64,000 nt of DNA from NCBI GenBank assembly GCA_017854775.1, contig JAFMHC010000001.1:3095-67094 (forward strand), in the 5' to 3' direction. Position numbers and translations under genes: made by a program. The notes below the pieces were generated by a model. The model was given only the letters and a program-made list of their open reading frames with translations, had not been told where the DNA came from and did no database searches. Shown in pieces: positions 48,676 through 58,154 of this stretch (positions within the stretch are counted from its first letter, which is position 1; every line of letters starts with the position of its first letter). Source of the stretch: Gammaproteobacteria bacterium (GTDB lineage: Bacteria > Pseudomonadota > Gammaproteobacteria > Arenicellales > Arenicellaceae).

Positions 48676-51236
48676 AAAGAAAACTTGCACCCAATACTAT
48701 CGTGCCTCAATCGCTTTACGTTGAGCGTAAGGCGGACAAGCAAATAGCAGAGCTGATCTCAGATATGGGCCGACCTGGTTATGTTCTTGTTGCTCGTCAG
48801 ATGGGGAAGACAAACCTCTTGATCGCAGCCAAGAGAAATCTAGAAAGTGATCAAGACATTTTCGCCTACGTTGATTTATCAAATAGGTTTGAGACAGAAA
48901 GAGAGTGTTTCAGAAGTATTATCGATAAAATTCTGGATGGCAGAGAAGAAAGCCTTGGCACTTTAGACTCTGTAATCACTAAAAGTAGAATCGCTGAGGA
49001 CCGTGCTCCGCATATAGAACACGCTCGAGAGTTGCGAGCTATTTTGAACGCAATTAGCGGTAAGCTTGTTATTATTCTTGATGAAATTGACTCCCTAACT
49101 GCTGCAGACTATTCAGATAAAATTTTTGCGTTAATTAGAAGTATTTACTTTGAAAGGGTGAATCACCAAGAGCTAGAAAGGTTGACATATATCATTTCTG
49201 GCGTAGCTGAACCAACAGAAATAATTAAGGACAAATCGATTTCTCCTTTCAATATTGGTCAAAAAATACTTCTCGGTGATTTTACAAAATCTGAATATCG
49301 TAATTTCTTGAACTCGGCTTCGTTGTGTTTGGGTGAAGACGTCGCGGACAGAATTTTCTACTGGGCAAATGGTAACCCTAGATTGACATGGGAAATATGT
49401 TCTTCTGTAGAGGAACGGTTAATAGACGGTGAACTTGAAAGTACCGAAATGGTAGATAGGCTTGTTAAAGACCTATACTTTAATAAGTTTGACAGGCCAC
49501 CAGTCGATCATATTCGAGCGTTAGTAAAGGCTGATAAAGAAATTAGAAAAGCATTGGTTTCGATACACTATGACAAGGGGGATACACTAACCGATGAGAT
49601 TAAAAATAGGCTGTATCTTTCGGGCATACTAGGAACAAGCTACGAGTATGGCGATGTTGTGATAAAGAATAGAGTTATAGAGGAATGTCTAAATGAGCGA
49701 TGGCTATCTGAAATAGAGGAACAAACAACCGATTCTCTTCAACAAGGTGTTGAGTTTATTAAAAACGGAAATTATGAGAAAGCCAGTGAGGTTTTCTATG
49801 ACATGTATGTTGATGAAAACAAAATCGATGGGAAGAACTCCTTAGCGATCACAGACTACCTCTCTCTATCTTATTTTCATACAGCGAACTATCCAGGAGT
49901 AGTTAGCTGTTTAGAGGATGGTCGCTACGATAAGAAAGGTCAATTTGATCGCTATATTGACCAATCATATAGGCTGGGTGTTTCTTATAGCTTTATAGAT
50001 CAGAAAGAGAAAGCGTTGAAGGTCTTTGAAGAAATAGTCGATGAACAACCAGAAAATAAATACTACGAATCTTTAATTAGCTCTGCGATGATTTTATCCT
50101 CGTATGACGACTCTGAATCACAAAAAAAGTCGTTATTGCATTGTCAAATAATACTCGATGATGTTGCTTCTGGCTTAAATTTAAGAAATGAAGTGATAGC
50201 TCTCACGCATTATAACTTAGCAGTTATAAACCAGACTCAATCCAAGGGCACAGCAGTTTTACAGTATATTGAAGCTTCTAGAGCAGGAGATAATGCGCAA
50301 AAAATCACACCGTTAGTAGAGGCATTTAAGATTGAGCCGAGTAAAGCAAGTTCTTTCATTAATGAAATAGTTGAAATTTTGATGTCTGGAGACATTAAGC
50401 TTGATACATATAATGTTCATGCATTAAGTTTCACTAAGGTAAAACTTTTTGAGCTCCTCAGTATTCTTTCTGATTGTGGTCTGGACGACGAGATAGAAAA
50501 AGTGATCACCGTCATTGGAGAGTTTTGTTTAAACTCCAAACATGAAATGTCGAGGCTCCTATTTGATTTAGGTCATTTATGTCTTTCGGGGAAAAGGAAA
50601 GAGCATGCGTTATATTATTTTAAAAAATCGGTATCGCAACCACGAGAGTTAAGTACTCCCGAAGCAATATTCGACTCGAATAAATATCTAGCTGTTTTTG
50701 ATGACAGTCAAGTAGATGCATTGAATTTGTATCTTAAAGGTTTTCAAAACTACGTTCAGGTTCCAAGCATTGTTGATGTGTTGTTATTTGAGCGAAAAGT
50801 TACGCAGTGCGTTACTAGCGGTGATACGGGTAAAGCGATCAAGTACTGCGACCTTATTATTAAGTCTGGTGGTACTTTTTCGGGTTTTTCTAGAGAAACG
50901 TTATTGCCTATTTTTTATTGGAGAATGATCCTTGATAAGGAGGAATACCAGAAACATCAATACGCAGATTTAATTATTAGTACTTTAGCCGAGAGCGAAG
51001 GAAAAAAAGACGATAAAAATTATTTCACTGCAAGTCATGAAAGTTATAAAAAGGCAGCGATGGAAATAGTGAATATTGCCTCGAAAGTAGAGACTTATGT
51101 GAGAGCGGAAAGGAAGTATGGAAGGAACGATATTGTAACTGTTACATATCTTGACGGGCGGTCTGAAAATAAAAAATATAAACTTGTATCAGAAAGTATT
51201 AGTCAAGGGCTCTGCTCTCTAAGCGACCCTTCATAA
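48672..51236 (+). CDS. AAA_35-type STAND NTPase with TPR repeats
   Basis: LYVERKAD, VARQMGKT, IILDEID and GNPRL motifs, followed by TPR-like helical pairs; ATGA overlap with the upstream gene. Confidence 0.85.
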   Translation: MKRKLAPNTIVPQSLYVERKADKQIAELISDMGRPGYVLVARQMGKTNLLIAAKRNLESDQDIFAYVDLSNRFETERECFRSIIDKILDGREESLGTLDSVITKSRIAEDRAPHIEHARELRAILNAISGKLVIILDEIDSLTAADYSDKIFALIRSIYFERVNHQELERLTYIISGVAEPTEIIKDKSISPFNIGQKILLGDFTKSEYRNFLNSASLCLGEDVADRIFYWANGNPRLTWEICSSVEERLIDGELESTEMVDRLVKDLYFNKFDRPPVDHIRALVKADKEIRKALVSIHYDKGDTLTDEIKNRLYLSGILGTSYEYGDVVIKNRVIEECLNERWLSEIEEQTTDSLQQGVEFIKNGNYEKASEVFYDMYVDENKIDGKNSLAITDYLSLSYFHTANYPGVVSCLEDGRYDKKGQFDRYIDQSYRLGVSYSFIDQKEKALKVFEEIVDEQPENKYYESLISSAMILSSYDDSESQKKSLLHCQIILDDVASGLNLRNEVIALTHYNLAVINQTQSKGTAVLQYIEASRAGDNAQKITPLVEAFKIEPSKASSFINEIVEILMSGDIKLDTYNVHALSFTKVKLFELLSILSDCGLDDEIEKVITVIGEFCLNSKHEMSRLLFDLGHLCLSGKRKEHALYYFKKSVSQPRELSTPEAIFDSNKYLAVFDDSQVDALNLYLKGFQNYVQVPSIVDVLLFERKVTQCVTSGDTGKAIKYCDLIIKSGGTFSGFSRETLLPIFYWRMILDKEEYQKHQYADLIISTLAESEGKKDDKNYFTASHESYKKAAMEIVNIASKVETYVRAERKYGRNDIVTVTYLDGRSENKKYKLVSESISQGLCSLSDPS

Positions 51237-51312
51237 AATACCTTAATTGATGTCTGGTATGTTTTGCAGAGTGGGACGACCTCAAAGCTAAACTTTAAGT
51301 GGAAGCTGAGCC

Positions 51313-51786
51313 TTATTTACTATGCGAAGCTCCAATAAAATTAAATTGACGCCAAGCTTCATAAGCAACGATAGCTACCGAGTTTGATAGGTTCAAACTG
51401 CGGTTATTAGGTTGCATCGGTATAAGTAATCGATTGTCTTTTGGCACAGAATCCATCACTTCGGTTGGAAGCCCCTCGGTTTCTGAGCCAAAAAGTAATA
51501 CGTCGTTATTCTCAAATTTAATATCGGTATAGTTTTTAGTCCCTTTTGTTGTAATAGCAAATATACGTTTCGGAATTTCTGATTCTAGAAATGCCTTGTA
51601 GTCCTTGTGACGAGTTACTTTAGATATATCATGGTAATCCAGTCCCGCTCGACGCAGTTGCTTCTCCTCAAAATCGAACCCCAGCGGCTCAATCAGGTGT
51701 AATTGAAAGCCTACATTTGCAGACAACCTGATGACATTACCTGTATTAGGAGGTATCTTTGGATTATGGAGAACAACGTGAATCAT
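51313..51786 (-). CDS. trmL: tRNA (cytidine/uridine34-2'-O)-methyltransferase
   Basis: PKIPPNTGN, LRRAGLDY, FGSETEGLP and RSLNLSNS motifs. Confidence 0.96.
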   Translation of the reverse strand: MIHVVLHNPKIPPNTGNVIRLSANVGFQLHLIEPLGFDFEEKQLRRAGLDYHDISKVTRHKDYKAFLESEIPKRIFAITTKGTKNYTDIKFENNDVLLFGSETEGLPTEVMDSVPKDNRLLIPMQPNNRSLNLSNSVAIVAYEAWRQFNFIGASHSK

Positions 51787-51982
51787 TTTTAGTAGTTATG
51801 GTGATATTTAACTGACGCTAGAATACACGAATAAATTAAAATTTCTTTAGGGAAATATTTTTAGCATTAAAAGAGAAGTTTTATCTCTTTTTATTTTTAT
51901 AAAACAAAGACTTAGATTTTCGATACTAAATTTTTAGAGCGACAGCTAGGCTTTGAAGGCGCAACTAAATAGCTGCGACCGA

Positions 51983-52885
51983 CTAACCGGTTGCCCTTTC
52001 TTTTGAAGCTTTAGCCAGTAATAGAGCACCAGTCAAACCACTCTGATCGCCCAACGATGGCAGCACAATAAGCTTTTCGATGCCACCAACTCGGCTATCG
52101 ATAGGCAGATAACCCGCTAGGCGCTTTTCAGTTTCGCTGCGAATTTTACCCAGCAGGCCGTCAACGCCCATGACCCCACCGCCAATAATAATAAGCTCGG
52201 TCGACAGAATTGTTAGTAAATTAACGCACATATCAGCGAGATTTACCGCCACCTCATCCCAGATTGCATCATCCGCATCAATAAGCTGAGGGTCACGGCC
52301 GGCTCTTTTTGCAATGGCGGGTCCGCAAACTAAGCCTTCCAAGCAATTGCCATGAAACGGGCAGCTTCCGGCTACGCCATTGCTTGGAATTCTCATGTGT
52401 CCAATTTCAGGGTGCATAAACCCGCTTACCAAATCACCGTTAACTATGATGCCTCCGCCAAGGCCGGTGCCGACAGTCACATAGACAGCATTACTAAACC
52501 CTTGGGCGGCACCATAGGCCGCTTCGGCTAGCAATGCTCCATTGACGTCGGTGGTTATTGATACTGGTACTGATAATGCATCAGCTAAGTGCTTTCGAAG
52601 CGCGAATTCACTCCAACCAACCTTAGGCGTTTTCAGGAATGTGCCATACGAGTCTGATTGAGGGTCTATATCGATTGGCCCAAACGACGCGACGCCGATT
52701 GAAGTAAGCTCGCCATATTCAGCCACACAAGCTTCAAAAAGATCGGTTATTTCTTTAAGGTTTGTTTCGGGATCTCGGGTAGGTATACGCTTTGTAACAA
52801 TAAAATTTGTCGGGTCAGTTGCGACACCACAGACAATTTTAGTACCGCCTACCTCTATCGCGCCAAACAGTGGATGCTTCATCAT
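51983..52885 (-). CDS. ROK-family fructokinase
   Basis: GAIEVGGTK, SFGPID, TDVNGA, HPEIGH and CPFHGNCLEG motifs. Confidence 0.9.
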   Translation of the reverse strand: MMKHPLFGAIEVGGTKIVCGVATDPTNFIVTKRIPTRDPETNLKEITDLFEACVAEYGELTSIGVASFGPIDIDPQSDSYGTFLKTPKVGWSEFALRKHLADALSVPVSITTDVNGALLAEAAYGAAQGFSNAVYVTVGTGLGGGIIVNGDLVSGFMHPEIGHMRIPSNGVAGSCPFHGNCLEGLVCGPAIAKRAGRDPQLIDADDAIWDEVAVNLADMCVNLLTILSTELIIIGGGVMGVDGLLGKIRSETEKRLAGYLPIDSRVGGIEKLIVLPSLGDQSGLTGALLLAKASKERATG

Positions 52886-52893
52886 CGGTATTT

Positions 52894-53958
52894 TTATAAG
52901 TTTATGGTGAACGTTTTAGACAAGCTAAGTGGCCTGTCAGCCGCTTCGGTATAAGGAGAAATGCAGTGCAACTCACCGGCCACAAAATCAGTACTTAATA
53001 CCGTCATGCCGAACATGTGTTGGGCACCTAAACCAGTAGAGCTGCCACTATCAAAATGTGCTTCCCAAGGGCCGTCTAAAGAGCTTGATTGATATAACCT
53101 GATTTGTTTATTAACGTCCGAGTCGGGCTGGCCTTCAAAGGTGCGATTGCAGGTAGCAATGATCAAATAGAACCGTTCATGTACATCGTCGTAGATGACT
53201 TTGGGCAACTCAAGTTGTGTAAAGTTATTTCCATCGGGCATTAAAACCGGCGGGTACAAGTAATCGATTTCGAACCCGTTATCGCTGCGATTTAATTTGG
53301 CATGCCCCAAAGCTGGTGTGTGGCTTGCGCTCTTCGCACACCAGAACATGTGCAGCTCTTGATCATGCACGATAATGAACGGGTCGCGCCAAGCCAGTAT
53401 CGGGCCACCCTCTTCGCCATCGCGATGGCCGAGTTGCTCGCGCTCAGCGATATAGTAGCCTTTAGTGGTAATAGCCTGCCAGTGCTCTTCTGGTGATGAA
53501 ATAAGCTGTATCGAATCGGCATCAATAGCATAGCCATCGTGACTAATGGCGAGGCCCATTGATTGAAGAAATTGTTGCGGTTCAGCACTCGCTTTAAGCC
53601 CGGTGAACGCGACCAACTTAGTGTCGTCTTCGAGCCGCGTTATCGAGCTACTCCAAATCGACTTTGAATCAAAGTCATTATGCTCAGGCCGAGATGCTTG
53701 AAAATTACCTTGGTCTAACCAACTATCACCATTGTCATCAGAGACAAAATGTCGTACATGAAATGGCACACCATTTCGTTTTGTCGGGTCGAGTAATTGC
53801 CCATGCCCATCAAACCGAGCAACGGCGAGGCAATACAGATGTAAGGTCTGGTCTTGCTGATAGGACCAAGCATCCCATAAATAGTAATCTGGGTGGTCTA
53901 TGCCATCAGTAAAAATGTGGCTAGACGTATTTTGTAAAGTTACAGTCATAAGAATCAA
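52894..53958 (-). CDS. GH68/GH32-clan beta-fructofuranosidase-like protein
   Basis: YLWDAWS (nucleophile), WSSS, WRDPF (RDP) and QLELP (acid/base); no signal peptide. Confidence 0.78.
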   Translation of the reverse strand: MILMTVTLQNTSSHIFTDGIDHPDYYLWDAWSYQQDQTLHLYCLAVARFDGHGQLLDPTKRNGVPFHVRHFVSDDNGDSWLDQGNFQASRPEHNDFDSKSIWSSSITRLEDDTKLVAFTGLKASAEPQQFLQSMGLAISHDGYAIDADSIQLISSPEEHWQAITTKGYYIAEREQLGHRDGEEGGPILAWRDPFIIVHDQELHMFWCAKSASHTPALGHAKLNRSDNGFEIDYLYPPVLMPDGNNFTQLELPKVIYDDVHERFYLIIATCNRTFEGQPDSDVNKQIRLYQSSSLDGPWEAHFDSGSSTGLGAQHMFGMTVLSTDFVAGELHCISPYTEAADRPLSLSKTFTINL

Positions 53959-55190
53959 GCCAACGCTTTATATTCACTTTGCTCAAGTTCGAGCAAGCGT
54001 TGTCTGGTCGGGTCTTTAACAAGGTTGTATAAGAAACCAGCAAACAGAACCAGCGAGAAACCAGTTGCGACAATAAATCCATAGACGGCTTGACCGCCAT
54101 TGGCATCACTGACAATACCCATAATTAACGGGCCACAGGCAGCACCCAGTGCGGTGAAGAACAAGATCACACCGGCCGCAGCTCCGTGCTTGTTTTTTTC
54201 AAAGCAGCTAATGCCTTTAGAATTTAAGGTAGGATAAATTGCCGACATAAAAAGGCCGGACAGCGGTAATAAATAAACCGCCCAATCTCGACCTGCGACA
54301 ACACTAATAACAAAGCAAACGGCGATAGCGCCACTTAATATGACCATCACCATAGACCAATTGAAACGCGCCATCGCCCACATTCCGATAAAACGCCCGG
54401 CGGCACGCAACACAAAAAAGATGGTCAGCGCGTAAGTGGCAAGCAGTAAAGCACTGCCGTCGTAGCCGATCAAATAGGTTGGCATCCAAACATAAATAGC
54501 ACTTTCAGTTGCGACGTAAAGAAAAGCACCAATAGAAAAACTAAGCGCAAAGCGGTCTTTAGTCATCGCTAGAGTGCGTTTAAAATTAATCGGTTCTATC
54601 GTTTTCTGCATTGTTTCTGGATATTTCACCCGCGAAGCGATGATAATAATCACCACGCAAAGAACCGCGGCCGAAACATATAGCCATTTCCATTCGAGCC
54701 CCTGCGTTAGCAGGTAAGTGACTATCAGCGGCCCAATGATTGCACCAACACCAAAAAAACCTTCAGCGCCATTCATAATCGAGGTGTGTTCACGAGTCGA
54801 GCTAGTGATGTCACCAATTAGCGCTAGCGCGGCCGTTTTAAACACGCCGATGGCCAAACCAGACAACACCATTAAGGTCAGGTAGAAGGCGAAAGAGCTG
54901 CCGACAATAAATAGAAATGAATTAGCGGCAAATAAACTAAGACCTAGAATAATGGTCTTTTTGCGCCCGAGCTTGTCGGCCAGATGGCCAAGAAACATTC
55001 CCGATATTGCAATCGCCATCATCGGCCCGTAATGCAAAAGCCCAGCCGCAGTTAAGCTTAAATCAAACTGTTTCATTACCTCTGGAATGATCACACCAAC
55101 CGCATCTGTGGTCATTGCGAACATCATGAACATTAGATAGGTTAAGTATCGAACCGTTCTCAGGTTACTTCCGTGCACAACATTAGTCAT
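53955..55190 (-). CDS. MFS sugar transporter (FucP/GluP-like)
   Basis: 12 TM segments; GHLADKLGRKK, YVATE and SAIYPTL motifs. Confidence 0.9.
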   Translation of the reverse strand: MTNVVHGSNLRTVRYLTYLMFMMFAMTTDAVGVIIPEVMKQFDLSLTAAGLLHYGPMMAIAISGMFLGHLADKLGRKKTIILGLSLFAANSFLFIVGSSFAFYLTLMVLSGLAIGVFKTAALALIGDITSSTREHTSIMNGAEGFFGVGAIIGPLIVTYLLTQGLEWKWLYVSAAVLCVVIIIIASRVKYPETMQKTIEPINFKRTLAMTKDRFALSFSIGAFLYVATESAIYVWMPTYLIGYDGSALLLATYALTIFFVLRAAGRFIGMWAMARFNWSMVMVILSGAIAVCFVISVVAGRDWAVYLLPLSGLFMSAIYPTLNSKGISCFEKNKHGAAAGVILFFTALGAACGPLIMGIVSDANGGQAVYGFIVATGFSLVLFAGFLYNLVKDPTRQRLLELEQSEYKALA

Positions 55191-55336
55191 TTACGCTTCT
55201 CCCGCAATTCTTATAAAAATAGTAGTTCGCCAATAAGCTTAAGTTTACCGATAGACTAGCCAAGCTTGAATTAGTACTGATTTACCAATTCAAGCCCAGT
55301 TCTATCTAAAACCCGGCTCTAATCAGGCGATGGTAA

Positions 55337-57619
55337 TTAGAAGTTATAGCGAATTGTTGCAGAGGTTGTTCTACCGTTAATAGGGCGAATTCTGACAAAA
55401 CTACCAGGTGTTGCTGAGCCTTCTTCACCCTCAGTAAAACCTTCTTCATCAAACATATTATTCGAGTTAATGCTCAAACTTAGTTGATCGTTAAACGAGT
55501 AGTTGAAGAACAAGTTTGCCGTGACGTAGCTGTCAAACTTGAGGTCGTTATTATCCTGTACAAAGACTTCGTCAGTACCAACAAAGTTGACGCCCAGATT
55601 CCATTTGTCGGTTGAATATTGAGGCGTGATATTAAAAATATAGTCGGCTTGACGTCGTGGCGTATTGCCCGCGTTGCTGCCACTGGTCACTTCCGAATCG
55701 GTTAGTGTAACGCTGCCCTTTAAGGCAAAGCCATTATTAAAATCATAGTCTCCCTCAAACTCAAACCCTGAGGCCTCGAAGGTATTACCGCGTAAGGTTT
55801 GTGAAGTTACTTCAAACTGTCGTGATTCTGCTGTGTCCGCATCGAAATAAGTAACATACAACGCTGCATTATCACCAAGGTACTTAAAACCAATCTCGGT
55901 TTGCTCAACAGTGCTAAATGCCGATTCGTTTAGAATACTGCCATCGATGTTTAAACTGCCGGTAACTCGATCCGGTGATGAAATGCTGCCGCCTTCTGAG
56001 ATATTAGCAAACAATGCCATATTGTCATTCAAGGCGTAGTTGATACCAACAGACCAGGAGTCAAAGTCGGTATTGTAATCAGCCCGTCGCGCTGCACCTA
56101 GCGTAGGCACGGCTTGTTCATTCCCAGCGATCGTTCCATCACCGTTAACGTCTAGCGCTACTAAAACCGTATTTTCTTGGAATGTGCCGCTAACATCATA
56201 GTCATCATTACGATAGCTGGCGTCCCAACTTATGTTCTCGCCGATATCCCCGGAAAGGGAAATGTAAGGCGCTGTTCCGTCAATCTCAAAGTCGTATGCA
56301 CGGGTACAACAATTACCAAATGCTGGGTTACCGTACAACACACCGCCAATTGAATCACCTTGATCGAAAACACTCAGGTTGCCATCAAGACGGCGGTAAT
56401 ATTGGTTAAAGTTCCAAGTGGTGCTGATATCTTGATTGGCAAAAGAAACTCCGGCTTTTACTAGAACCGAACCGAAATCACCAGTCAGGCTTAGGTCTGC
56501 AAAGTCATTGCCGGTGTCATTAACTTGGGTATCAAAATAAACGATCTCAACTGATGGGCCAGCGGCACCATCTACAAAGGTATTAGCCGGAAACGGCGAT
56601 GCGAAGTTACCTTCAATTGAGGCGGTTCGATATTTAACCGCGGCGGTAAGATAGTCGGTAAACTGATAATCAGCCGCAATCGCAATTGAGGTCATTTCGG
56701 CTTCAAAGCCGTCACCATTGATCGCGTCTATACCATTACGGCGAGGTGCAAAATCGGTGGTATTTAAAAACAGGGTGCCGTCGCCAAAATTAGTGCCCAG
56801 TTCAGAGAAGCCCGAGCCGGTAGCGCGTGCAGGAATCGGTAAATAGGTAGGCACTTCATCGTCTAAATGCTTGAGATGAACTCGCACCGAGCCTTTATCA
56901 AAGTTTTTAGCAATCGTCGCCTTAACTTGAAAGCCCTCTTCTACATTATCGTCGGCTTCGCGTGGGCCCTCGCCCGAACGATAAAAGCCGCCTACATGGT
57001 AAGTCCAGTCGCCACCTAATATATTTAGCCCTAAGTCACCGCCATTTTCAAAATCTAAGCGAAGCGTGTCGTAGTCTAGCCCAGCGGTTACACCAATCGA
57101 GCCGCCAGCGTCTTCGCCCGTTTTTGAGATGAAATTGATGATTCCACCGGGTGCATTGGCCGCCTGTGTTGATGATGAACCACCACGAATAGACTGAATA
57201 CTTGATACCGTTGTATCAAAACGAAGCCAGCTATCAGCGGTGGCAAATGCCGTATCACCAACCAACATCACCGGAAAACCATCTTCTTGCAATGAAAGGT
57301 AACGGGCGCCGCCTGAACTAATTGGCAGACCACGAACTTTAATATTTGCGTTAGCATCGCCCGAAGATGATTCCGCTTGTATGCCAGGTATGTTGCGAAA
57401 AATTTCAGCGGTGGAGCGCGCCGCAAAGTCGACGATGTCGTCGGCTGGCAAGGCTGTCACTGACATTGTTGATTCAAATTTCGTTGTTGGCTTAGCAATA
57501 CCGGTGACGATAACTTCTTCGATAACGCTATCGGCTTGTTGTGCATAAGATATTGGCGAAATTACACTAACAACACAAAGCGCTATGGCGCTCAGTTTAA
57601 ATTTATTTCGGTTAAGCAT
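55337..57619 (-). CDS. TonB-dependent receptor (SuxA-like sugar uptake)
   Basis: Signal peptide, TonB box EEVIVTG, NIPGIQAE plug, IRGGSS, C-terminal NGRT...RYNF. Confidence 0.93.
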   Translation of the reverse strand: MLNRNKFKLSAIALCVVSVISPISYAQQADSVIEEVIVTGIAKPTTKFESTMSVTALPADDIVDFAARSTAEIFRNIPGIQAESSSGDANANIKVRGLPISSGGARYLSLQEDGFPVMLVGDTAFATADSWLRFDTTVSSIQSIRGGSSSTQAANAPGGIINFISKTGEDAGGSIGVTAGLDYDTLRLDFENGGDLGLNILGGDWTYHVGGFYRSGEGPREADDNVEEGFQVKATIAKNFDKGSVRVHLKHLDDEVPTYLPIPARATGSGFSELGTNFGDGTLFLNTTDFAPRRNGIDAINGDGFEAEMTSIAIAADYQFTDYLTAAVKYRTASIEGNFASPFPANTFVDGAAGPSVEIVYFDTQVNDTGNDFADLSLTGDFGSVLVKAGVSFANQDISTTWNFNQYYRRLDGNLSVFDQGDSIGGVLYGNPAFGNCCTRAYDFEIDGTAPYISLSGDIGENISWDASYRNDDYDVSGTFQENTVLVALDVNGDGTIAGNEQAVPTLGAARRADYNTDFDSWSVGINYALNDNMALFANISEGGSISSPDRVTGSLNIDGSILNESAFSTVEQTEIGFKYLGDNAALYVTYFDADTAESRQFEVTSQTLRGNTFEASGFEFEGDYDFNNGFALKGSVTLTDSEVTSGSNAGNTPRRQADYIFNITPQYSTDKWNLGVNFVGTDEVFVQDNNDLKFDSYVTANLFFNYSFNDQLSLSINSNNMFDEEGFTEGEEGSATPGSFVRIRPINGRTTSATIRYNF

Positions 57620-57865
57620 GATGCTGGTCTCCTCCAGTAATGTTTATATCAACCGCAACAGATAAATCGCTTGGTTGTTATAGCCCTAGTTAGAACCTAA
57701 GCTATAACCTTAGTCAGAATTCTAGTTATGACAACTTAAAGCTTAGCCTTATTTTAAATTATAGTTTTAAGGCCATTTTCTGTTTGCGTCTTATTCATGA
57801 CTTACACCACCCTCATGTCGCTTATTTATATTTTCTACGGCAGTAGTGTAAGCCAGCTTCCAAAC

Positions 57866-57901
57866 AATACAACCGATTGTATTCTTATGCAACCGGTTGT
57901 A
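57866..57901. promoter_or_regulatory. two tandem LacI-family operators
   Basis: TACAACCGATTGTA (57868-57881) and TGCAACCGGTTGTA (57888-57901), both CG-centred palindromes. Confidence 0.8.
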
Positions 57902-58154
57902 TTGCAGAATTTTCAAGAAAAAGCGTATTATCAGCGGAGTCGGCTCTTATAGTCAGAGTCAGCCCTTAGATAAGTGGTGGCGCTAAAACGAGGTTACTAT
58001 TCGTGTTCTCGACAAACTCAGAACAGGGACAACTCTTTTGTGTGATCAGGTTCCTTAGTAACTCTAAGTTCTGTTAGACTTTTTAGAGAATTGGAAAATC
58101 AAGCTATTACGCTAAAATGTCTACTCAAGATTATTTAACAAAAAATATTACGCT

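Noticed and set aside
46590-51312. Integrase, IS ends or target-site duplication around the STAND island
   Set aside because: No recombinase or transposase ORF, and no convincing flanking direct repeat found by eye. Mobility is inferred only from composition and context.
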